DNA from: Trichlorobacter lovleyi
Lineage (GTDB): Bacteria > Desulfobacterota > Desulfuromonadia > Geobacterales > Pseudopelobacteraceae
DNA length: 42,444 bases
Assembly (NCBI GenBank): GCA_020721175.1
Contig: DYNH01000002.1
Span: 1 to 42,444 of the forward strand
Direction: 5' to 3'
Shown piece by piece: positions 28,724-41,111 of this stretch. A model generated the notes under the pieces. The model did not search any database. It worked only from the letters and a program-made list of their open reading frames with translations, and had not been told where the DNA came from. The position numbers and the translations under genes were made by a program. The first letter of the stretch is position 1. Every line of letters starts with the position of its first letter.

Positions 28724-31700
28724 TTAAATAGCCGCCTGCTTTGTATCTGCTTTTTCTTCTAAAACATCAGCATACGCTGTAGGCTGCTTACTAACTAAAG
28801 TCTGATTATATTCATCTTGGTGAAGTCTGAGGTGTCTGTAGCGTGCTATTCCTGTTCCAGCAGGAATCAAACGTCCCATAATTACATTTTCTTTTAAACC
28901 TCTTAAACCGTCTATTTTCCCTTCAATAGCTGCTTGTGTCAAAACTTTGGTTGTTTCCTGGAATGAAGCAGCCGAAATAAATGATTCTGTAGATAACGAT
29001 GCCTTTGTAATACCAAGCAGCAGAGGTTCTGCTGTTGCAGGACGTTTTCCTTCCGACAAGGCTTTATTGTTTTCCTCTTCAAACAACCAGCGTTCAACCT
29101 GATCATCAATCAACAAATTAGTATCACCAACATCCTTAATTCTTACTCTGCGGAGCATTTGTCTTACAATTACTTCAATATGCTTGTCATTAATCTTAAC
29201 ACCCTGAAGTCGATAGACTTCCTGCACTTCGTCAACAAGGTATTTAGCTAACTCCTTAACTCCAAGTACTCTCAGAATGTCATGAGGATTAGACGAACCA
29301 TCCATTAATGGTTCTCCAGCCCTTACATAATCACCTTCGTGTACACTAATATGTTTCCCTTTGGGAATAAGGTATTCTTTAGGTTCACCAAGATCTGGTG
29401 TTACAATAACTTTACGCTTGCCTTTTGAGTCCTTTCCGAAGTTTACTTTTCCGTCTATTTCCGTAATTACGGCGAAGTCCTTCGGTTTACGCGCCTCGAA
29501 CAGTTCTGCTACTCTAGGCAAGCCTCCTGTAATATCCTTTGTCTTGGTAGTTTCCCGCGGAATCTTGGCAATAATATCTCCAGCGCAGATAACAATATCT
29601 TCAGGTACGTTTATAATCGCTCCAACCGGCAGATAGTAACGCCCGATCGTTCCACCAGATTCCCCGATATCTTTAATGGCAATCCTAGGCCTTTTATCAT
29701 TATCTTTGGTTTCTACAATCTCTTTTCTTGAAAGTCCTGTAACTTCATCCAGCTTTTCCTCCATTGTAACACCTTCTACAATGTCAGCAAATTTTACTCT
29801 GCCACTGAATTCTGTTAGAATCGGCATAGTGAACGGATCCCACTCTGCAAGCGTTACCCCTGCGCTTGCAACACCATCAGGAGCTATCTTAAGCTTCGCT
29901 CCATACACAACACCATATCTTTCACGTTCTCTGCCGTCTTCTGACACAACGGCAATCTCACCATTACGGTTCATAACAATGTTAAATCCCTCAGCATTAA
30001 CAACAGTATGCAGATTTATGTATTTAACTATTCCATCATAGCGAGCTTCAAGAGATGTTTGCTCTGCAGCCCTTGACGCTGTTCCACCAATGTGAAATGT
30101 ACGCATGGTAAGCTGCGTACCAGGTTCACCGATAGATTGGGCAGCGATTACACCTACAGCCTCTCCCATATTAACAATATGCCCTCTGGCAAGGTCCCGA
30201 CCATAGCACTTGGCACAAATGCCACGTTTACTCTGACAGGTAAGCACTGAACGCATTTTAACCTTTTCAAGACCTGCATCTTCTATCTTTCTTACAAGAG
30301 TCTCGTCAATTTCCTGATTCGCTTCAACCAGTATTTCATCTGTTATCGGATCGTGTATATCATCCAATGCCACACGACCCAGTATACGGTCTCCTATATG
30401 CTCTATCACTTCACCGCCTTCAGTAAGAGAACTTACCATCAGGCCGTCAAGAGTTCCACAATCATCTTCTGTAATGATAGCGTCTTGCGCAACGTCCACC
30501 AAACGACGGGTAAGATATCCTGAGTTAGCTGTCTTCAATGCAGTGTCAGCAAGACCCTTCCGGGCGCCATGTGTAGAAATGAAGTATTGCAACACAGTGA
30601 GACCTTCACGGAAATTTGCAGTAATAGGTGTCTCAATGATCTCGCCTGAAGGTTTTGCCATCAAGCCCCTCATACCTGCCAACTGACGAATCTGCTGAGC
30701 CGAGCCCCTGGCACCGGAATCTGCCATCATATGAATAGCGTTAAATGATGGAATTTCTACAATCTTGCCATCACTATCTATAACAGTCTCTTTTGAAAGG
30801 TTTCCAAGCATCTCTTTGGCGATTTCCTCAGTTGCCTTTGCCCAGATATCAATAACCTTGTTGTAGCGTTCTCCGTCAGTGATAAGACCTTCGGTATACT
30901 GGTTCTGTATCTCCTGTACTTCTTCATTTGCTCGATTGATAATCGCCTGTTTTCCTTCGGGGATCACCATGTCGTCAATACAAATTGATATGCCGGCCAG
31001 GTTTGCATAGCGGAATCCGGTCTCTTTTAAACGATCTGCCAAAATAACCGTCTCTTTGTTTCCTGCAAGCCTGTAACAGATATCAATCAGGTTTGATAAC
31101 TCCTTCTTGTTCATAACCTTGTTTATGGCAGAAAACGGCACCTGAGGAGGAAGGATTTCACGTAAAATAATGCGCCCTACAGTTGTGTCTATCCGTTGTG
31201 GCTTTTCATCAGCATTTGCAGGACAATCGATCATTCTGACGGTCACACGTGCCTGCATATCTGCTTCACCATGATCAAATGCGATCCTTACCTCTTCAGG
31301 TGATGAAAAAATAGTACGCTCACCTTTGGCACCAATACGCTCTCTGGTCATATAGTAAGTTCCAAGAACCATATCCTGAGAAGGAACGATTATCGGCTTG
31401 CCATGCGCAGGTGACAGAATATTGTTGGTAGACATCATAAGTACCCGTGCCTCAACCTGGCTTTCAATAGAAAGGGGCAGGTGGACAGCCATCTGATCTC
31501 CGTCAAAGTCAGCATTAAAGGCTGTACAGACAAGTGGATGCAGTTGAATAGCCTTGCCTTCAATCAGTACCGGTTCAAAGGCCTGGATACCAAGACGATG
31601 CAAGGTCGGTGCGCGGTTCAACATTACAGGGTGTTCTCTTATTACCTCTTCCAGAACGTCCCAAACCTCAGGTTTTTCTTTCTCAACCATCTTTTTTGCA

Positions 31701-32896
31701 CTTTTGATAGTTGTAACGTAACCACGCTCTTCAAGTTTGTTGTAAATAAAGGGCTTAAACAGCTCAAGAGCCATTTTCTTCGGTAGTCCGCACTGGTGAA
31801 GCTTCAACTCTGGTCCAACTACAATTACAGAACGGCCAGAATAATCCACGCGCTTGCCAAGCAGGTTTTGACGGAACCTGCCAGACTTTCCTTTCAACAT
31901 ATCTGAAAGAGATTTAAGCGGCCGCTTATTAGGGCCTGCAATGGCTCGCCCACGCCTGCCGTTATCGAAAAGTGCATCAACCGCTTCCTGAAGCATTCTT
32001 TTTTCATTGCGGATAATAACTTCAGGAGCCTGGAGTTCTACTAGTCTTTTAAGTCTGTTGTTGCGGTTAATTACACGGCGATACAGATCATTAAGATCAG
32101 ATGTTGCAAAACGTCCACCATCAAGAGGCACCAATGGGCGCAAGTCAGGGGGTAGAACCGGAATACACTCCAGTATCATCCATTCAGGCTTGTTGCCCGA
32201 ATGTTTGAAGGCTTCAACCACCTTCAGCCTTTTTGCAACTTTTTTGCGTTTAGCTTCACTGGTAGACTCCGTCATTTCAATACGCAGTTGAACTGAAAGC
32301 TCGTCAAGTTCAAGCGACTTCAGACAGATACGAATTGCCTCGGCCCCCATACCGCCACCAAAGGCATCAACACCATACTCTTCCTGTGCTTTCAAAAATT
32401 TGTCTTCCGAAAGCACTTCACAAAATTTGAGAGGGGTCATTCCAGGTTCTGTGATTACAAACGCCTCAAAATACAGTACTCTTTCAAGATCTTTCAGTGT
32501 AATATCAAGCAGATTTCCAATTCTTGATGGTAAGGACTTAAGAAACCAGATATGAGCAACAGGTGTTGCCAGATCGATATGTCCCAACCTTTCACGACGT
32601 ACCTTTGACGGGATAACCTCTACACCGCATTTTTCGCACACAATACCGCGATGCTTCATACGCTTGTATTTACCGCAATTGCACTCATAGTCCTTTGTGG
32701 GACCGAATATCTTGGCGCAGAAAAGCCCATCACGCTCAGGCTTGAACGTACGATAGTTGATTGTTTCCGGTTTTTTTACTTCGCCGAATGAGCGCTCTCG
32801 AATCTTCTCAGGTGATGAGATGGAAATTCGTATAGCAGAAAAATGCAGGGGGTCTTTCGGTTTATCGAAGAAGCTGCCTGTGAAATAATCTTCCAC
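28724..32896 (-). CDS. rpoC: RNA polymerase beta' subunit
   Basis: [12 protein letters not shown] catalytic motif; Zn ribbon; 1390 aa. Confidence 0.98.
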   Translation of the reverse strand: MEDYFTGSFFDKPKDPLHFSAIRISISSPEKIRERSFGEVKKPETINYRTFKPERDGLFCAKIFGPTKDYECNCGKYKRMKHRGIVCEKCGVEVIPSKVRRERLGHIDLATPVAHIWFLKSLPSRIGNLLDITLKDLERVLYFEAFVITEPGMTPLKFCEVLSEDKFLKAQEEYGVDAFGGGMGAEAIRICLKSLELDELSVQLRIEMTESTSEAKRKKVAKRLKVVEAFKHSGNKPEWMILECIPVLPPDLRPLVPLDGGRFATSDLNDLYRRVINRNNRLKRLVELQAPEVIIRNEKRMLQEAVDALFDNGRRGRAIAGPNKRPLKSLSDMLKGKSGRFRQNLLGKRVDYSGRSVIVVGPELKLHQCGLPKKMALELFKPFIYNKLEERGYVTTIKSAKKMVEKEKPEVWDVLEEVIREHPVMLNRAPTLHRLGIQAFEPVLIEGKAIQLHPLVCTAFNADFDGDQMAVHLPLSIESQVEARVLMMSTNNILSPAHGKPIIVPSQDMVLGTYYMTRERIGAKGERTIFSSPEEVRIAFDHGEADMQARVTVRMIDCPANADEKPQRIDTTVGRIILREILPPQVPFSAINKVMNKKELSNLIDICYRLAGNKETVILADRLKETGFRYANLAGISICIDDMVIPEGKQAIINRANEEVQEIQNQYTEGLITDGERYNKVIDIWAKATEEIAKEMLGNLSKETVIDSDGKIVEIPSFNAIHMMADSGARGSAQQIRQLAGMRGLMAKPSGEIIETPITANFREGLTVLQYFISTHGARKGLADTALKTANSGYLTRRLVDVAQDAIITEDDCGTLDGLMVSSLTEGGEVIEHIGDRILGRVALDDIHDPITDEILVEANQEIDETLVRKIEDAGLEKVKMRSVLTCQSKRGICAKCYGRDLARGHIVNMGEAVGVIAAQSIGEPGTQLTMRTFHIGGTASRAAEQTSLEARYDGIVKYINLHTVVNAEGFNIVMNRNGEIAVVSEDGRERERYGVVYGAKLKIAPDGVASAGVTLAEWDPFTMPILTEFSGRVKFADIVEGVTMEEKLDEVTGLSRKEIVETKDNDKRPRIAIKDIGESGGTIGRYYLPVGAIINVPEDIVICAGDIIAKIPRETTKTKDITGGLPRVAELFEARKPKDFAVITEIDGKVNFGKDSKGKRKVIVTPDLGEPKEYLIPKGKHISVHEGDYVRAGEPLMDGSSNPHDILRVLGVKELAKYLVDEVQEVYRLQGVKINDKHIEVIVRQMLRRVRIKDVGDTNLLIDDQVERWLFEEENNKALSEGKRPATAEPLLLGITKASLSTESFISAASFQETTKVLTQAAIEGKIDGLRGLKENVIMGRLIPAGTGIARYRHLRLHQDEYNQTLVSKQPTAYADVLEEKADTKQAAI

Positions 32897-32975
32897 GGTC
32901 TATCCTCCAGTATAATCTTAGATATTCATAGCGAACCGGATTGGTTCACAACAGCGGCTAAACAACCGCACTGCG

Positions 32976-35900
32976 TCATTCATCCCCTTCAAGCAGCTCA
33001 ACATCAAGGCTAAGGGACTGGAGTTCCTTTATCAGAACGTTAAAGGATTCAGGCAAGCCTGGTTCTAGCGTGTGCTTACCTTTTACTATAGCCTCATACA
33101 TTCGTGTACGTCCTGAAACATCATCGGATTTAACAGTTAGAAACTCCTGAAGAGCATATGAACATCCATAAGCTTCCATTGCCCAGACTTCCATCTCGCC
33201 TAGTCTTTGACCACCAAATTGGGCCTTGCCTCCTAAAGGCTGCTGGGTAACCAGTGAATATGGCCCAATAGAGCGGGCATGAATTTTATCGTCAACTAGA
33301 TGGTGCAGCTTTAAAACATACATTACACCAACTGTAACCTTATGCAAAAATGGTTCTCCAGTTCGGCCATCAAAAAGTCTTACTTGCCCGTTTGTGGCAA
33401 AACCAGCCCTGGTAAGCAGTTGTTTGATACGTGTTTCACCGGCTCCTTCAAATACCGGAGACGCCATAGGCACTCCCCTGCACAATCTGCGTGCCACCAG
33501 GAGCAGCTCCTCACGATTCATAGAATCAAGAATCCTTGTAAATTCCTCATTATCGTAGGTTTCTTTGATAAATTTTCTCAAATTATCTTCAGAAGTGTGT
33601 TCTTCGAGCATCTTTTGTATTTTCCAGCCAAGTCCCTTGGCTGCCCATCCCAGATGCGTCTCAAGAATCTGGCCAACGTTCATGCGCGAAGGCACACCAA
33701 GTGGATTAAGTACGATCTCAACAGGGCGTCCGTCTTCCATGTAAGGCATATCTTCTTCAGGCAGCATACGGGAAACAACACCCTTATTACCGTGACGTCC
33801 GGCCATCTTGTCTCCAACCTGCAATTTCCGCTTGATGGCGACATAGACTTTAACCATCTTGATTACACCAGGAGCAAGATCATCTCCACGCTTCAATTTC
33901 TGAACCTTATCTTCAAACACACCACGTATCAGTTCTATCTGCTCATTAAGCCTGGCTAGAACCTCAGACACCTTATCCTCTACATCTGCACCGTCTGCTA
34001 CAGATATGGTAGCCCAACGATCCATAGGCAGTGATTCAAGCAACTCTTCACTGATCTTTTTACCCTTAACAAGCACAGTAACGCCGTGGCGGTCTTCAAC
34101 CTTAGCAGAAACTGTCTTTCCAACAAGCAGTCGCTTAATCTTACCTCTTGCTGAATCACGAATAATACGAATCTCGTCCTGTTCGTCTTTACGAAGCTTG
34201 TCTTCCTCTATTTTTTCTATCAGCTCAGTACGGGCATCCTTATCATTTCCTTTACGTGAAAAAACCTTTGCACCGATTACAGTTCCTTCGACACCTGGCG
34301 GTACTGTAAGAGACGTGTCGCGTACATCGCCAGCCTTTTCACCGAAAATGGCACGCAGCAATTTTTCTTCAGGAGAAAGCTGTGTCTCCCCTTTAGGTGT
34401 AATCTTCCCAACAAGAATATCATTAGGCTTTACCTCAGCCCCTATCCTGATAATCCCGGACTCATCGAGGTCTTTTAGAGCTTCATCACCCAAATTGGGT
34501 ATATCAGATGTAATCTCCTCCTTACCTAGTTTTGTATCACGCGCTACGCACTCAAACTCCTCGATATGAATTGATGTATATCGATCATCTTTTGTAAGTC
34601 GCTCGGACACGAGAATAGAGTCCTCAAAGTTGTATCCACCCCACGGCATAAATGCCACTATAACATTCTGGCCTAAAGCCAACTCGCCCATATCTGTTGA
34701 AGGACCGTCGGCGATCACATCACCACGATTAACATTATCTCCAACTTTCACTACCGGCTTCTGGTTAATGCAGGTGTTCTGGTTAGAACGGGAAAATTTG
34801 ACCAGATTGTAAATATCTACGCCAGTACCGGTTTCATCAAATTCTTCTTCGTTAATTTTTATCACTATCCTGCTGGCATCAACTGCATCAACAATGCCGT
34901 TATGACGAGCTATAATTGAAACGCCAGAGTCTTTGGCAACAATTCGTTCCATTCCCGTTCCAACAAGAGGGGAATCTGCACGCAAAAGCGGTACTGCCTG
35001 ACGTTGCATGTTTGAGCCCATTAAAGCCCGGTTGGCGTCGTCGTTTTCCAAAAACGGAATCAGGGCCGCTGCAACTGACACCAACTGTTTTGGAGCTACA
35101 TCCATCAGTTCTATTTCGCATTTTTCAGGCTTCTTCAGCATGAGATCATTTTGCTCATCACGCTCATATCCAAAAGCCCTAGTCAAAACGAATTCTCCAC
35201 TTTTTCTTGCTGATACGAATTCTTCAATAAAAAATCCATCATCATCAAGCAAGACGTTAGCTTGTGCTATAGCGTGACCTTCCTCCTCAAGTGCGGAGAA
35301 AAACTTTACATCGTTTGTAACCTGTCCATTACGCACTATCCTATACGGTGTTTCTACAAAACCATGCTCATTTATACGCGCATATGTAGACAGAGACGCA
35401 ATAAGTCCGATATTCGGGCCTTCAGGGGTCTCAATCGGACAAACCCTTCCATAGTGGGTTGGATGAACATCCCGGACTTCAAAACCAGCTCGTTCACGCG
35501 TTAAACCACCTGGTCCAAGCGCAGACAGACGACGTTTGTGAGTAACCTCAGAGAGCGGGTTGGTCTGATCCATAAACTGGGAAAGCTGTGATGAACCAAA
35601 AAATTCTTTTACTACTGCAGATACAGGTTTGGAGTTGATTAAGTCATGCGGCATCAGATTTTCAACTTCCTGCAATGACATCCTTTCCTTAATGGCTCGT
35701 TCCATCCTGACCAAACCGATTCTGTACTGATTCTCAAGTAATTCACCAACCGCCCTAACACGGCGGTTTCCCAGATGGTCGATATCATCAATGACCCCGC
35801 GACCATTTTTAAGCTCAATCAGATAACGCACTATTTCAAGAATGTCATTACGGGAACATACCTCGATAGAGCCTGAATATGCTACCTCCAGTAACATTCT

Positions 35901-37523
35901 GTTACGCCTTACAGCCTCAATGCCTTTTCGATTTTCATCGAATCCGCCCTGTTCAACCGCATCATTCAATTTTACAAATTGATCAGTAAGATTAAGTTCA
36001 GCCAGTAACTCGCTACTATAGAAATCTGGCTTGATAATTATGGCGTTTAATTCTTCTGCAAGTTGATCAAGGATACGGTCAGAAATTGGAAGCTTTATAT
36101 CCAGCTTTTTCAGAGACTTTGTAATTTCAGCAGAAAGACGCGTTCTCAAAGCATGATCAACAGGCCTGGTACCTGAAAGCAAATTGCCGATCAACTGCTC
36201 TGTATGCCTGAATTCTGAACCTGAGAACATTGTAGGGCCATTAAGCACAGTGCAATCAGGCCAAACCTTAAGACCCAGCTTAAAATTCAATTTGATACGT
36301 CCAACAGCAGAAAGATCGTATCTTTCCGGATTAAAGAAAAGGTTTTCAAATAAAGCGACAGAACTCTTGAGTGTAGGTGGATCCCCAGGACGCAAACGCC
36401 GATAAATCTCTATCAGTGCCTCATCATTACTGGTAACCTTATCGGCAATCAGTGTATCACGAAAAGAAGATGTAACATTGAGACCATCTATATATAACAA
36501 ACTAAATTCACTAACTTCTTTCAACCTAAACTCATCAAGTTTCTCTTGAGTAAGTTCCTGATTACACTCTAGCAACACCTCGCCAGTTACAGGATCAATA
36601 ACATCAGATGAGGCAAATCTGCCCAAAATACTCTCTTCTGACGTTGGAATAGCTGTAACGCCATGATCAAAAAGCTTTTTAATTGAGGCCTTTGTAAACT
36701 TGCGATTAGCCTTAACAAAAACTTCTCCATTCTTATCACAAACGTCTACTACCGCCTTCTGCATGGTCAAAAGTTCAGGTTCAATACTTTTACGCAGTCC
36801 AGTGTTGCTAATTATTATTTTTTCACTTTTGTAATAATAATTAAGAAGATGCTCAACAGAATAGCCCAAAGCCTTAAGTAAAACAGTGGCCGGCATTTTG
36901 CGACGACGATCTATCCTGACATACAGGATATCCTTGTGATCAAACTCAAAATCCAGCCAGGAACCACGATACGGTATCACTCGGGCAGAATAGAGCACCT
37001 TACCGCTTGAATGTGTTTTACCCTTGTCATGATCGAAAAAAACACCAGGAGAACGATGCAACTGGCTGACTATTACACGCTCTGTCCCGTTAATGATAAA
37101 GGTGCCATTTTCAGTCATCAGAGGAATTTCGCCGAAATAAACCTCTTGTTCCTTGATATCCTTCACACCACGTGAGCCTGATTCTTTACCTGAATCCCAA
37201 ATTACAAGTCTTACTTTAACCTTCATCGGTGCAGCATATGTCATGCCACGTTGATGGCATTCCTCAACGTCATATTTGGGCTTGCTCAGATTGTAAGATA
37301 CATATTCAAGTGATGATGTTTCACTGAAATCCTTAATTGGAAATACAGACCTGAAAACAGACTCAAGTCCGATATTTTTACGTGATTCCAGCGGAATGTC
37401 AGATTGAAGAAAACGTCGGTAAGAATTTTTTTGGATGTCTATTAAATTAGGGATATCAATGATATTCTTAATAGCGGCAAAATTTTTGCGTAGCAGGTGG
37501 TTGTTGGCAATCAAGTAGGCCAT
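32976..37523 (-). CDS. rpoB: RNA polymerase beta subunit (1515 aa from ATG 37523, with insertions)
   Basis: [26 protein letters not shown]; [12 protein letters not shown]; [10 protein letters not shown]. Confidence 0.98.
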   Translation of the reverse strand: MAYLIANNHLLRKNFAAIKNIIDIPNLIDIQKNSYRRFLQSDIPLESRKNIGLESVFRSVFPIKDFSETSSLEYVSYNLSKPKYDVEECHQRGMTYAAPMKVKVRLVIWDSGKESGSRGVKDIKEQEVYFGEIPLMTENGTFIINGTERVIVSQLHRSPGVFFDHDKGKTHSSGKVLYSARVIPYRGSWLDFEFDHKDILYVRIDRRRKMPATVLLKALGYSVEHLLNYYYKSEKIIISNTGLRKSIEPELLTMQKAVVDVCDKNGEVFVKANRKFTKASIKKLFDHGVTAIPTSEESILGRFASSDVIDPVTGEVLLECNQELTQEKLDEFRLKEVSEFSLLYIDGLNVTSSFRDTLIADKVTSNDEALIEIYRRLRPGDPPTLKSSVALFENLFFNPERYDLSAVGRIKLNFKLGLKVWPDCTVLNGPTMFSGSEFRHTEQLIGNLLSGTRPVDHALRTRLSAEITKSLKKLDIKLPISDRILDQLAEELNAIIIKPDFYSSELLAELNLTDQFVKLNDAVEQGGFDENRKGIEAVRRNRMLLEVAYSGSIEVCSRNDILEIVRYLIELKNGRGVIDDIDHLGNRRVRAVGELLENQYRIGLVRMERAIKERMSLQEVENLMPHDLINSKPVSAVVKEFFGSSQLSQFMDQTNPLSEVTHKRRLSALGPGGLTRERAGFEVRDVHPTHYGRVCPIETPEGPNIGLIASLSTYARINEHGFVETPYRIVRNGQVTNDVKFFSALEEEGHAIAQANVLLDDDGFFIEEFVSARKSGEFVLTRAFGYERDEQNDLMLKKPEKCEIELMDVAPKQLVSVAAALIPFLENDDANRALMGSNMQRQAVPLLRADSPLVGTGMERIVAKDSGVSIIARHNGIVDAVDASRIVIKINEEEFDETGTGVDIYNLVKFSRSNQNTCINQKPVVKVGDNVNRGDVIADGPSTDMGELALGQNVIVAFMPWGGYNFEDSILVSERLTKDDRYTSIHIEEFECVARDTKLGKEEITSDIPNLGDEALKDLDESGIIRIGAEVKPNDILVGKITPKGETQLSPEEKLLRAIFGEKAGDVRDTSLTVPPGVEGTVIGAKVFSRKGNDKDARTELIEKIEEDKLRKDEQDEIRIIRDSARGKIKRLLVGKTVSAKVEDRHGVTVLVKGKKISEELLESLPMDRWATISVADGADVEDKVSEVLARLNEQIELIRGVFEDKVQKLKRGDDLAPGVIKMVKVYVAIKRKLQVGDKMAGRHGNKGVVSRMLPEEDMPYMEDGRPVEIVLNPLGVPSRMNVGQILETHLGWAAKGLGWKIQKMLEEHTSEDNLRKFIKETYDNEEFTRILDSMNREELLLVARRLCRGVPMASPVFEGAGETRIKQLLTRAGFATNGQVRLFDGRTGEPFLHKVTVGVMYVLKLHHLVDDKIHARSIGPYSLVTQQPLGGKAQFGGQRLGEMEVWAMEAYGCSYALQEFLTVKSDDVSGRTRMYEAIVKGKHTLEPGLPESFNVLIKELQSLSLDVELLEGDE

Positions 37524-37633
37524 ACCTTCTCCTTCGGCAATTGACATAAAAGAGCAGAAAAAACAGACAGTAATTGAAATTACAGATATATAATCAAGAA
37601 CTGAATGCCGTGGGGAATTCATCAAACAGGACA

Positions 37634-37662
37634 AGCCAAGGCCGCACTAGACGACCTTGGCT
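37634..37662 (-). terminator. Hairpin between rplL and rpoB (attenuator/terminator-like)
   Basis: AGCCAAGG..CCTTGGCT stem; position analogous to the E. coli rplL-rpoB attenuator; weak U tract. Confidence 0.5.
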
Positions 37663-37686
37663 ACCTGTAGCTATTACACTGCACAA

Positions 37687-38064
37687 CTATTTGATATCTA
37701 CTTCTGCTCCAGCTTCAACTAGTTGTTTTTTGGCCTCTTCAGCTTCTGCTTTTGATACGGCTGTCTTGACAGGGTTTGGTGCGCCATCTACCAGGTCTTT
37801 GGCTTCTTTCAAGCCAAGACTGGTAAGAGTCCGCACTACCTTAATTACATTGATTTTATTAGCACCGCAATTTTTCAATATTACGTCAAACTCTGTTTGC
37901 TCTTCAGCAACTTCTGCAGCTGCTGCTGGTGCGGCGGCTACTGCCACTGGTGCGGCAGCAGACACACCAAATTTATCTTCTAGCTCTTTAACAAGCTCAG
38001 CAAGCTCAAGAACAGTCATCTTTTCAATAAACGAAATCACATCAGCTTTAGTAATGTCAGCCAT
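37687..38064 (-). CDS. rplL: 50S ribosomal protein L7/L12
   Basis: [12 protein letters not shown]; [10 protein letters not shown]. Confidence 0.97.
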   Translation of the reverse strand: MADITKADVISFIEKMTVLELAELVKELEDKFGVSAAAPVAVAAAPAAAAEVAEEQTEFDVILKNCGANKINVIKVVRTLTSLGLKEAKDLVDGAPNPVKTAVSKAEAEEAKKQLVEAGAEVDIK

Positions 38065-38113
38065 GATATCCTCCAGATAATTTTAATAGTCGTATGATAT
38101 TAATTTAAAAGCT

Positions 38114-38635
38114 TTAGTTTTCTTTTTTTGCACGTATTGCATCCAGAACCCTAACAAGTGATGCAGGCAAAGCTGCCAGAACACCAACAAAATTAGTAGC
38201 CGGAGCCTGCATGGAGCCTAACATCTTTGAAATAAGAACTTCTCTGGATGGCAAATCAGCAAGTGACTGTATCTGATTAACATTGATAAGTTTTCCTGAG
38301 AGAACTCCAGCCTTGAGAGTAAATACGCCTTTAGATTCCTTTGCAAATTTTGAAAGTACCTTAGCGGCCCCTACAGGATCATTATATGATAATGCTACAG
38401 CAGTCGGGCCTGTCAGATACTCTGATAGACAATCTGAATCAGTATCTTTTGCTGCAATATCAAACAAGGTATTTTTAAACACCTTGTATTCAACACCAGC
38501 AGCTCTAAGCTCGTTACGCAATGTTGTAGCTTTGTCAACATTCATCCCACGAAAATCTGCAAGAAAAATTGCATTAGCACGGGTAAGCTTATCGTGCATT
38601 TGAGCAACCTGCTCTTGTTTTACTATTTTTTTCAT
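38114..38635 (-). CDS. rplJ: 50S ribosomal protein L10
   Basis: Start MKKIVKQ at 38635 after AGGAGG; [16 protein letters not shown]. Confidence 0.95.
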   Translation of the reverse strand: MKKIVKQEQVAQMHDKLTRANAIFLADFRGMNVDKATTLRNELRAAGVEYKVFKNTLFDIAAKDTDSDCLSEYLTGPTAVALSYNDPVGAAKVLSKFAKESKGVFTLKAGVLSGKLINVNQIQSLADLPSREVLISKMLGSMQAPATNFVGVLAALPASLVRVLDAIRAKKEN

Positions 38636-38679
38636 CTGCTTATCCTCCTTTCTTTTGGTATTTACGGAGTGTAATAATC

Positions 38680-38785
38680 TCCGTGCCAAAGCCAGGAGCG
38701 AAATTTATATTCGCAAACCCCAAGTCTCGGCAGGCAGACTGTTGAGTCTTTATGAACCATTCACCTGCTGTCTATGACTTTGACT
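38680..38785 (-). promoter_or_regulatory. L10 leader autoregulatory RNA
   Basis: Minus strand AGACAGCAGG...CCTGCCGAGAC between rplA and rplJ; boundaries approximate. Confidence 0.7.
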
Positions 38786-38795
38786 ATATTACAAA

Positions 38796-39497
38796 TCAGA
38801 TGCTTGATGTCACATCACTTATATCGAGATTAATCCCAGGTCCCATAGTAGATGAAAGAGAGATTTTTTTTATGTATGTTCCTTTTGCAGCAGGTGGCTT
38901 AGCCTTTAGCAATGCCTCAACAAGTGCGACCAGATTTCCTTGTAATTTATCATCATCAAAAGAAACCTTGCCTATCGGAGCGTGGACGATACCTGCTTTT
39001 TCCACCCTGAACTCTACCTTGCCTGCTTTTGATTCCTTGACAGCACGACTAACTTCAAATGTAACCGTGCCAACCTTTGGGTTAGGCATAAGCCCTCGTG
39101 GGCCCAAAAGCTTGCCAATCTTGCCTACAACTCCCATCATATCAGGAGTTGCGATTGCGGTATCAAAATCAAACCAACCACTCTGAATCTTAGTAATCAG
39201 TTCTTCTGAACCTACATAATCAGCACCTGCTTCCAGAGCTTCTTTCTCTTTTTCACCTTTTGCAAAAACAAGCACACGCACATTTTTACCTAAACCGTTC
39301 GGCAGAACTACTGCACCACGCACCATCTGATCTGCGTGACGCGGGTCTACGCCAAGTTTAACTGCTGCTTCTACAGTTTCATCAAATTTAGCATATGCTG
39401 CCTTTTTAACTACATCAACCGCTGTCTTCAGCGCATACACCTTACTGCGGTCAATCATATTCATTGCAGCGATATGTTTTTTTGCAGATTTTGACAT
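38796..39497 (-). CDS. rplA: 50S ribosomal protein L1
   Basis: KFDETVE; [16 protein letters not shown]. Confidence 0.98.
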   Translation of the reverse strand: MSKSAKKHIAAMNMIDRSKVYALKTAVDVVKKAAYAKFDETVEAAVKLGVDPRHADQMVRGAVVLPNGLGKNVRVLVFAKGEKEKEALEAGADYVGSEELITKIQSGWFDFDTAIATPDMMGVVGKIGKLLGPRGLMPNPKVGTVTFEVSRAVKESKAGKVEFRVEKAGIVHAPIGKVSFDDDKLQGNLVALVEALLKAKPPAAKGTYIKKISLSSTMGPGINLDISDVTSSI

Positions 39498-39548
39498 GTC
39501 CGTCCTCTCCCCACTGAACCCTGTTTCCTTGATAGATCACAAATAATG

Positions 39549-39974
39549 TTATTCTACAATATCTACACCCATCGAACGCGCTGTACCTTCTACAGTACGC
39601 ATGGCTGCTTCTACAGAGGCAGCGTTAAGATCAGGCATCTTTTTCTTGGCTATTTCTTCAACCTGAGACTTGGTGAGCTTGCCAACCTTGTTCTTGTTTG
39701 GCACACTCGAACCACTTTCTATTCCTATAGTTTTTTTAATCAGAATAGGTACTGGTGGGGTTTTGGTAATAAATGTAAATGAACGATCAGCATAAACTGT
39801 AATCACTACTGGTGTAATTGTACCCTCTTCAGCCTGTGTCTTTGCATTGAATGCCTTACAGAACTCCATTATATTGACACCGTGCTGACCAAGAGCAGGT
39901 CCGATAGGAGGAGAAGGGTTTGCTTTACCCGCAGGAATTTGCAGTTTTATGTAACCGGTGATCTTCTTAGCCAT
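39549..39974 (-). CDS. rplK: 50S ribosomal protein L11
   Basis: [15 protein letters not shown]; GTARSMG. Confidence 0.98.
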   Translation of the reverse strand: MAKKITGYIKLQIPAGKANPSPPIGPALGQHGVNIMEFCKAFNAKTQAEEGTITPVVITVYADRSFTFITKTPPVPILIKKTIGIESGSSVPNKNKVGKLTKSQVEEIAKKKMPDLNAASVEAAMRTVEGTARSMGVDIVE

Positions 39975-40015
39975 TGGTATGCGCTCCTTTTATTCCTTAC
40001 CGCAAGAAAACGGTT

Positions 40016-40543
40016 TTAGCATTTCTCGACTTGCATAAATTCGAGCTCTACAGGAGTTGACCTACCAAAAATAGTAACAGCAACTCTCAGCTTGCCCTTG
40101 TCCGGCTTCACGTCCTCAACTACGCCGGTAAAGTTCAGGAACGGTCCATCAACAACCCGGACTGTCTCACCCACTTCAAATTCTATCTTGGGACGTGGTT
40201 TCTCTGCACCTTCTTCCATCCTGCGCGATATTTTTCCAACTTCCTCGTCAGGTATAGGAAAAGGGGTATTGCCACCTACAAAACCAGTGACCTTTGCGGT
40301 TTCCTTGACTATATGCCAAGTCTCGTCATTAAGCTCCATCTTTACAAGGATATAGCCTGGAAAAAACTTTCTTGACGAGGTCTTTTTCTCGCCTTTTTTC
40401 AGTTCTACAACTGTTTCTGATGGTATAAGAATTTCGCCGAAGAAATCCTGCATACCTTCGTTTTTCACACGCTCTGTCAGATTAAGTCTTACCTTATTCT
40501 CATAACCTGAATATGTGTGTACACCATACCATTTCTGGCTCAT
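40016..40543 (-). CDS. nusG: Transcription factor NusG
   Basis: WYGVHTYSGYE; FFPGYI; KOW motif GETVRVVDGPF. Confidence 0.97.
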   Translation of the reverse strand: MSQKWYGVHTYSGYENKVRLNLTERVKNEGMQDFFGEILIPSETVVELKKGEKKTSSRKFFPGYILVKMELNDETWHIVKETAKVTGFVGGNTPFPIPDEEVGKISRRMEEGAEKPRPKIEFEVGETVRVVDGPFLNFTGVVEDVKPDKGKLRVAVTIFGRSTPVELEFMQVEKC

Positions 40544-40557
40544 AAATTTGTTACCCG

Positions 40558-40740
40558 TTATCCCAGAACCAGACGCAGCAGCTTAGACAGAACAAGATCA
40601 CAGACGCCCAGATAAATAGAAATCATTAATACAATGAGTATAACTACACCTGTTGTCCCAACAGTTTCTTTACGTGATGGCCAGGTTACCTTGTAAAGCT
40701 CAGTTTTGACAGACTCAATAAAGGTCTTGATATTCTGCAC
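40558..40740 (-). CDS. secE: Preprotein translocase subunit SecE
   Basis: GTG start after AGGAG; EL.KVTWPSRKE plus one TM helix. Confidence 0.92.
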   Translation of the reverse strand: MQNIKTFIESVKTELYKVTWPSRKETVGTTGVVILIVLMISIYLGVCDLVLSKLLRLVLG

Positions 40741-40806
40741 AGCACTCCTCTTAATACTCACACTACGTCTGCTGCAAATAGTATCTAAATTTATTAGTTT
40801 GATAAA

Positions 40807-40883
40807 TGGCAGGCCAGGAGGGATTCGAACCCCCAGCATCCGGTTTTGGAGACCGGCGCTCTAGCCGTTAGAGCTACTGGCCT
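40807..40883 (-). tRNA. tRNA-Trp(CCA)
   Basis: AGGCCAG..CCGGT-CTCCAAA-ACCGG..GGTTCGAATCC..CTGGCCTGCCA cloverleaf. Confidence 0.97.
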
Positions 40884-40896
40884 GTAACTATTACAA

Positions 40897-41046
40897 CTAC
40901 TTAGTCTCTTTATGAGGTGTATGCTTACGACAAAAACGGCAGTATTTACTGAACTCAAGTTTTTGGGGAGTATTTTTTTTGTTTTTAGTAGTAGTGTAAT
41001 TTCTTTGTTTGCATTCAGTACATGCAAGCGTAATGATATCTCTCAT
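40897..41046 (-). CDS. rpmG: 50S ribosomal protein L33 (not in ORF track)
   Basis: Manual translation [49 protein letters not shown]. Confidence 0.96.
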   Translation of the reverse strand: MRDIITLACTECKQRNYTTTKNKKNTPQKLEFSKYCRFCRKHTPHKETK

Positions 41047-41071
41047 TGCTCTTCCTCTTTATATCTGGACA

Positions 41072-41103
41072 CGGCAGCAGAAATCAGTTGATTTCTGCTG
41101 CCG
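41072..41103. other. Long perfect hairpin between tuf and rpmG
   Basis: CGGCAGCAGAAATCA-GT-TGATTTCTGCTGCCG. Confidence 0.7.
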
Positions 41104-41111
41104 GTTTTACA

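Noticed and set aside
35500-35600. Rifampicin-resistance substitutions in RpoB
   Set aside because: Cluster I ([22 protein letters not shown]) keeps the susceptible residues; RpsL also keeps both streptomycin-relevant lysines.
35856-36242. Intein in RpoB
   Set aside because: No C-terminal His-Asn followed by Cys/Ser/Thr and no homing-endonuclease motifs.
12255-41046. Zn-binding (C+) forms of L36, S14, L33 and S4
   Set aside because: This is the normal state for the main operon copies in this lineage; not unusual.
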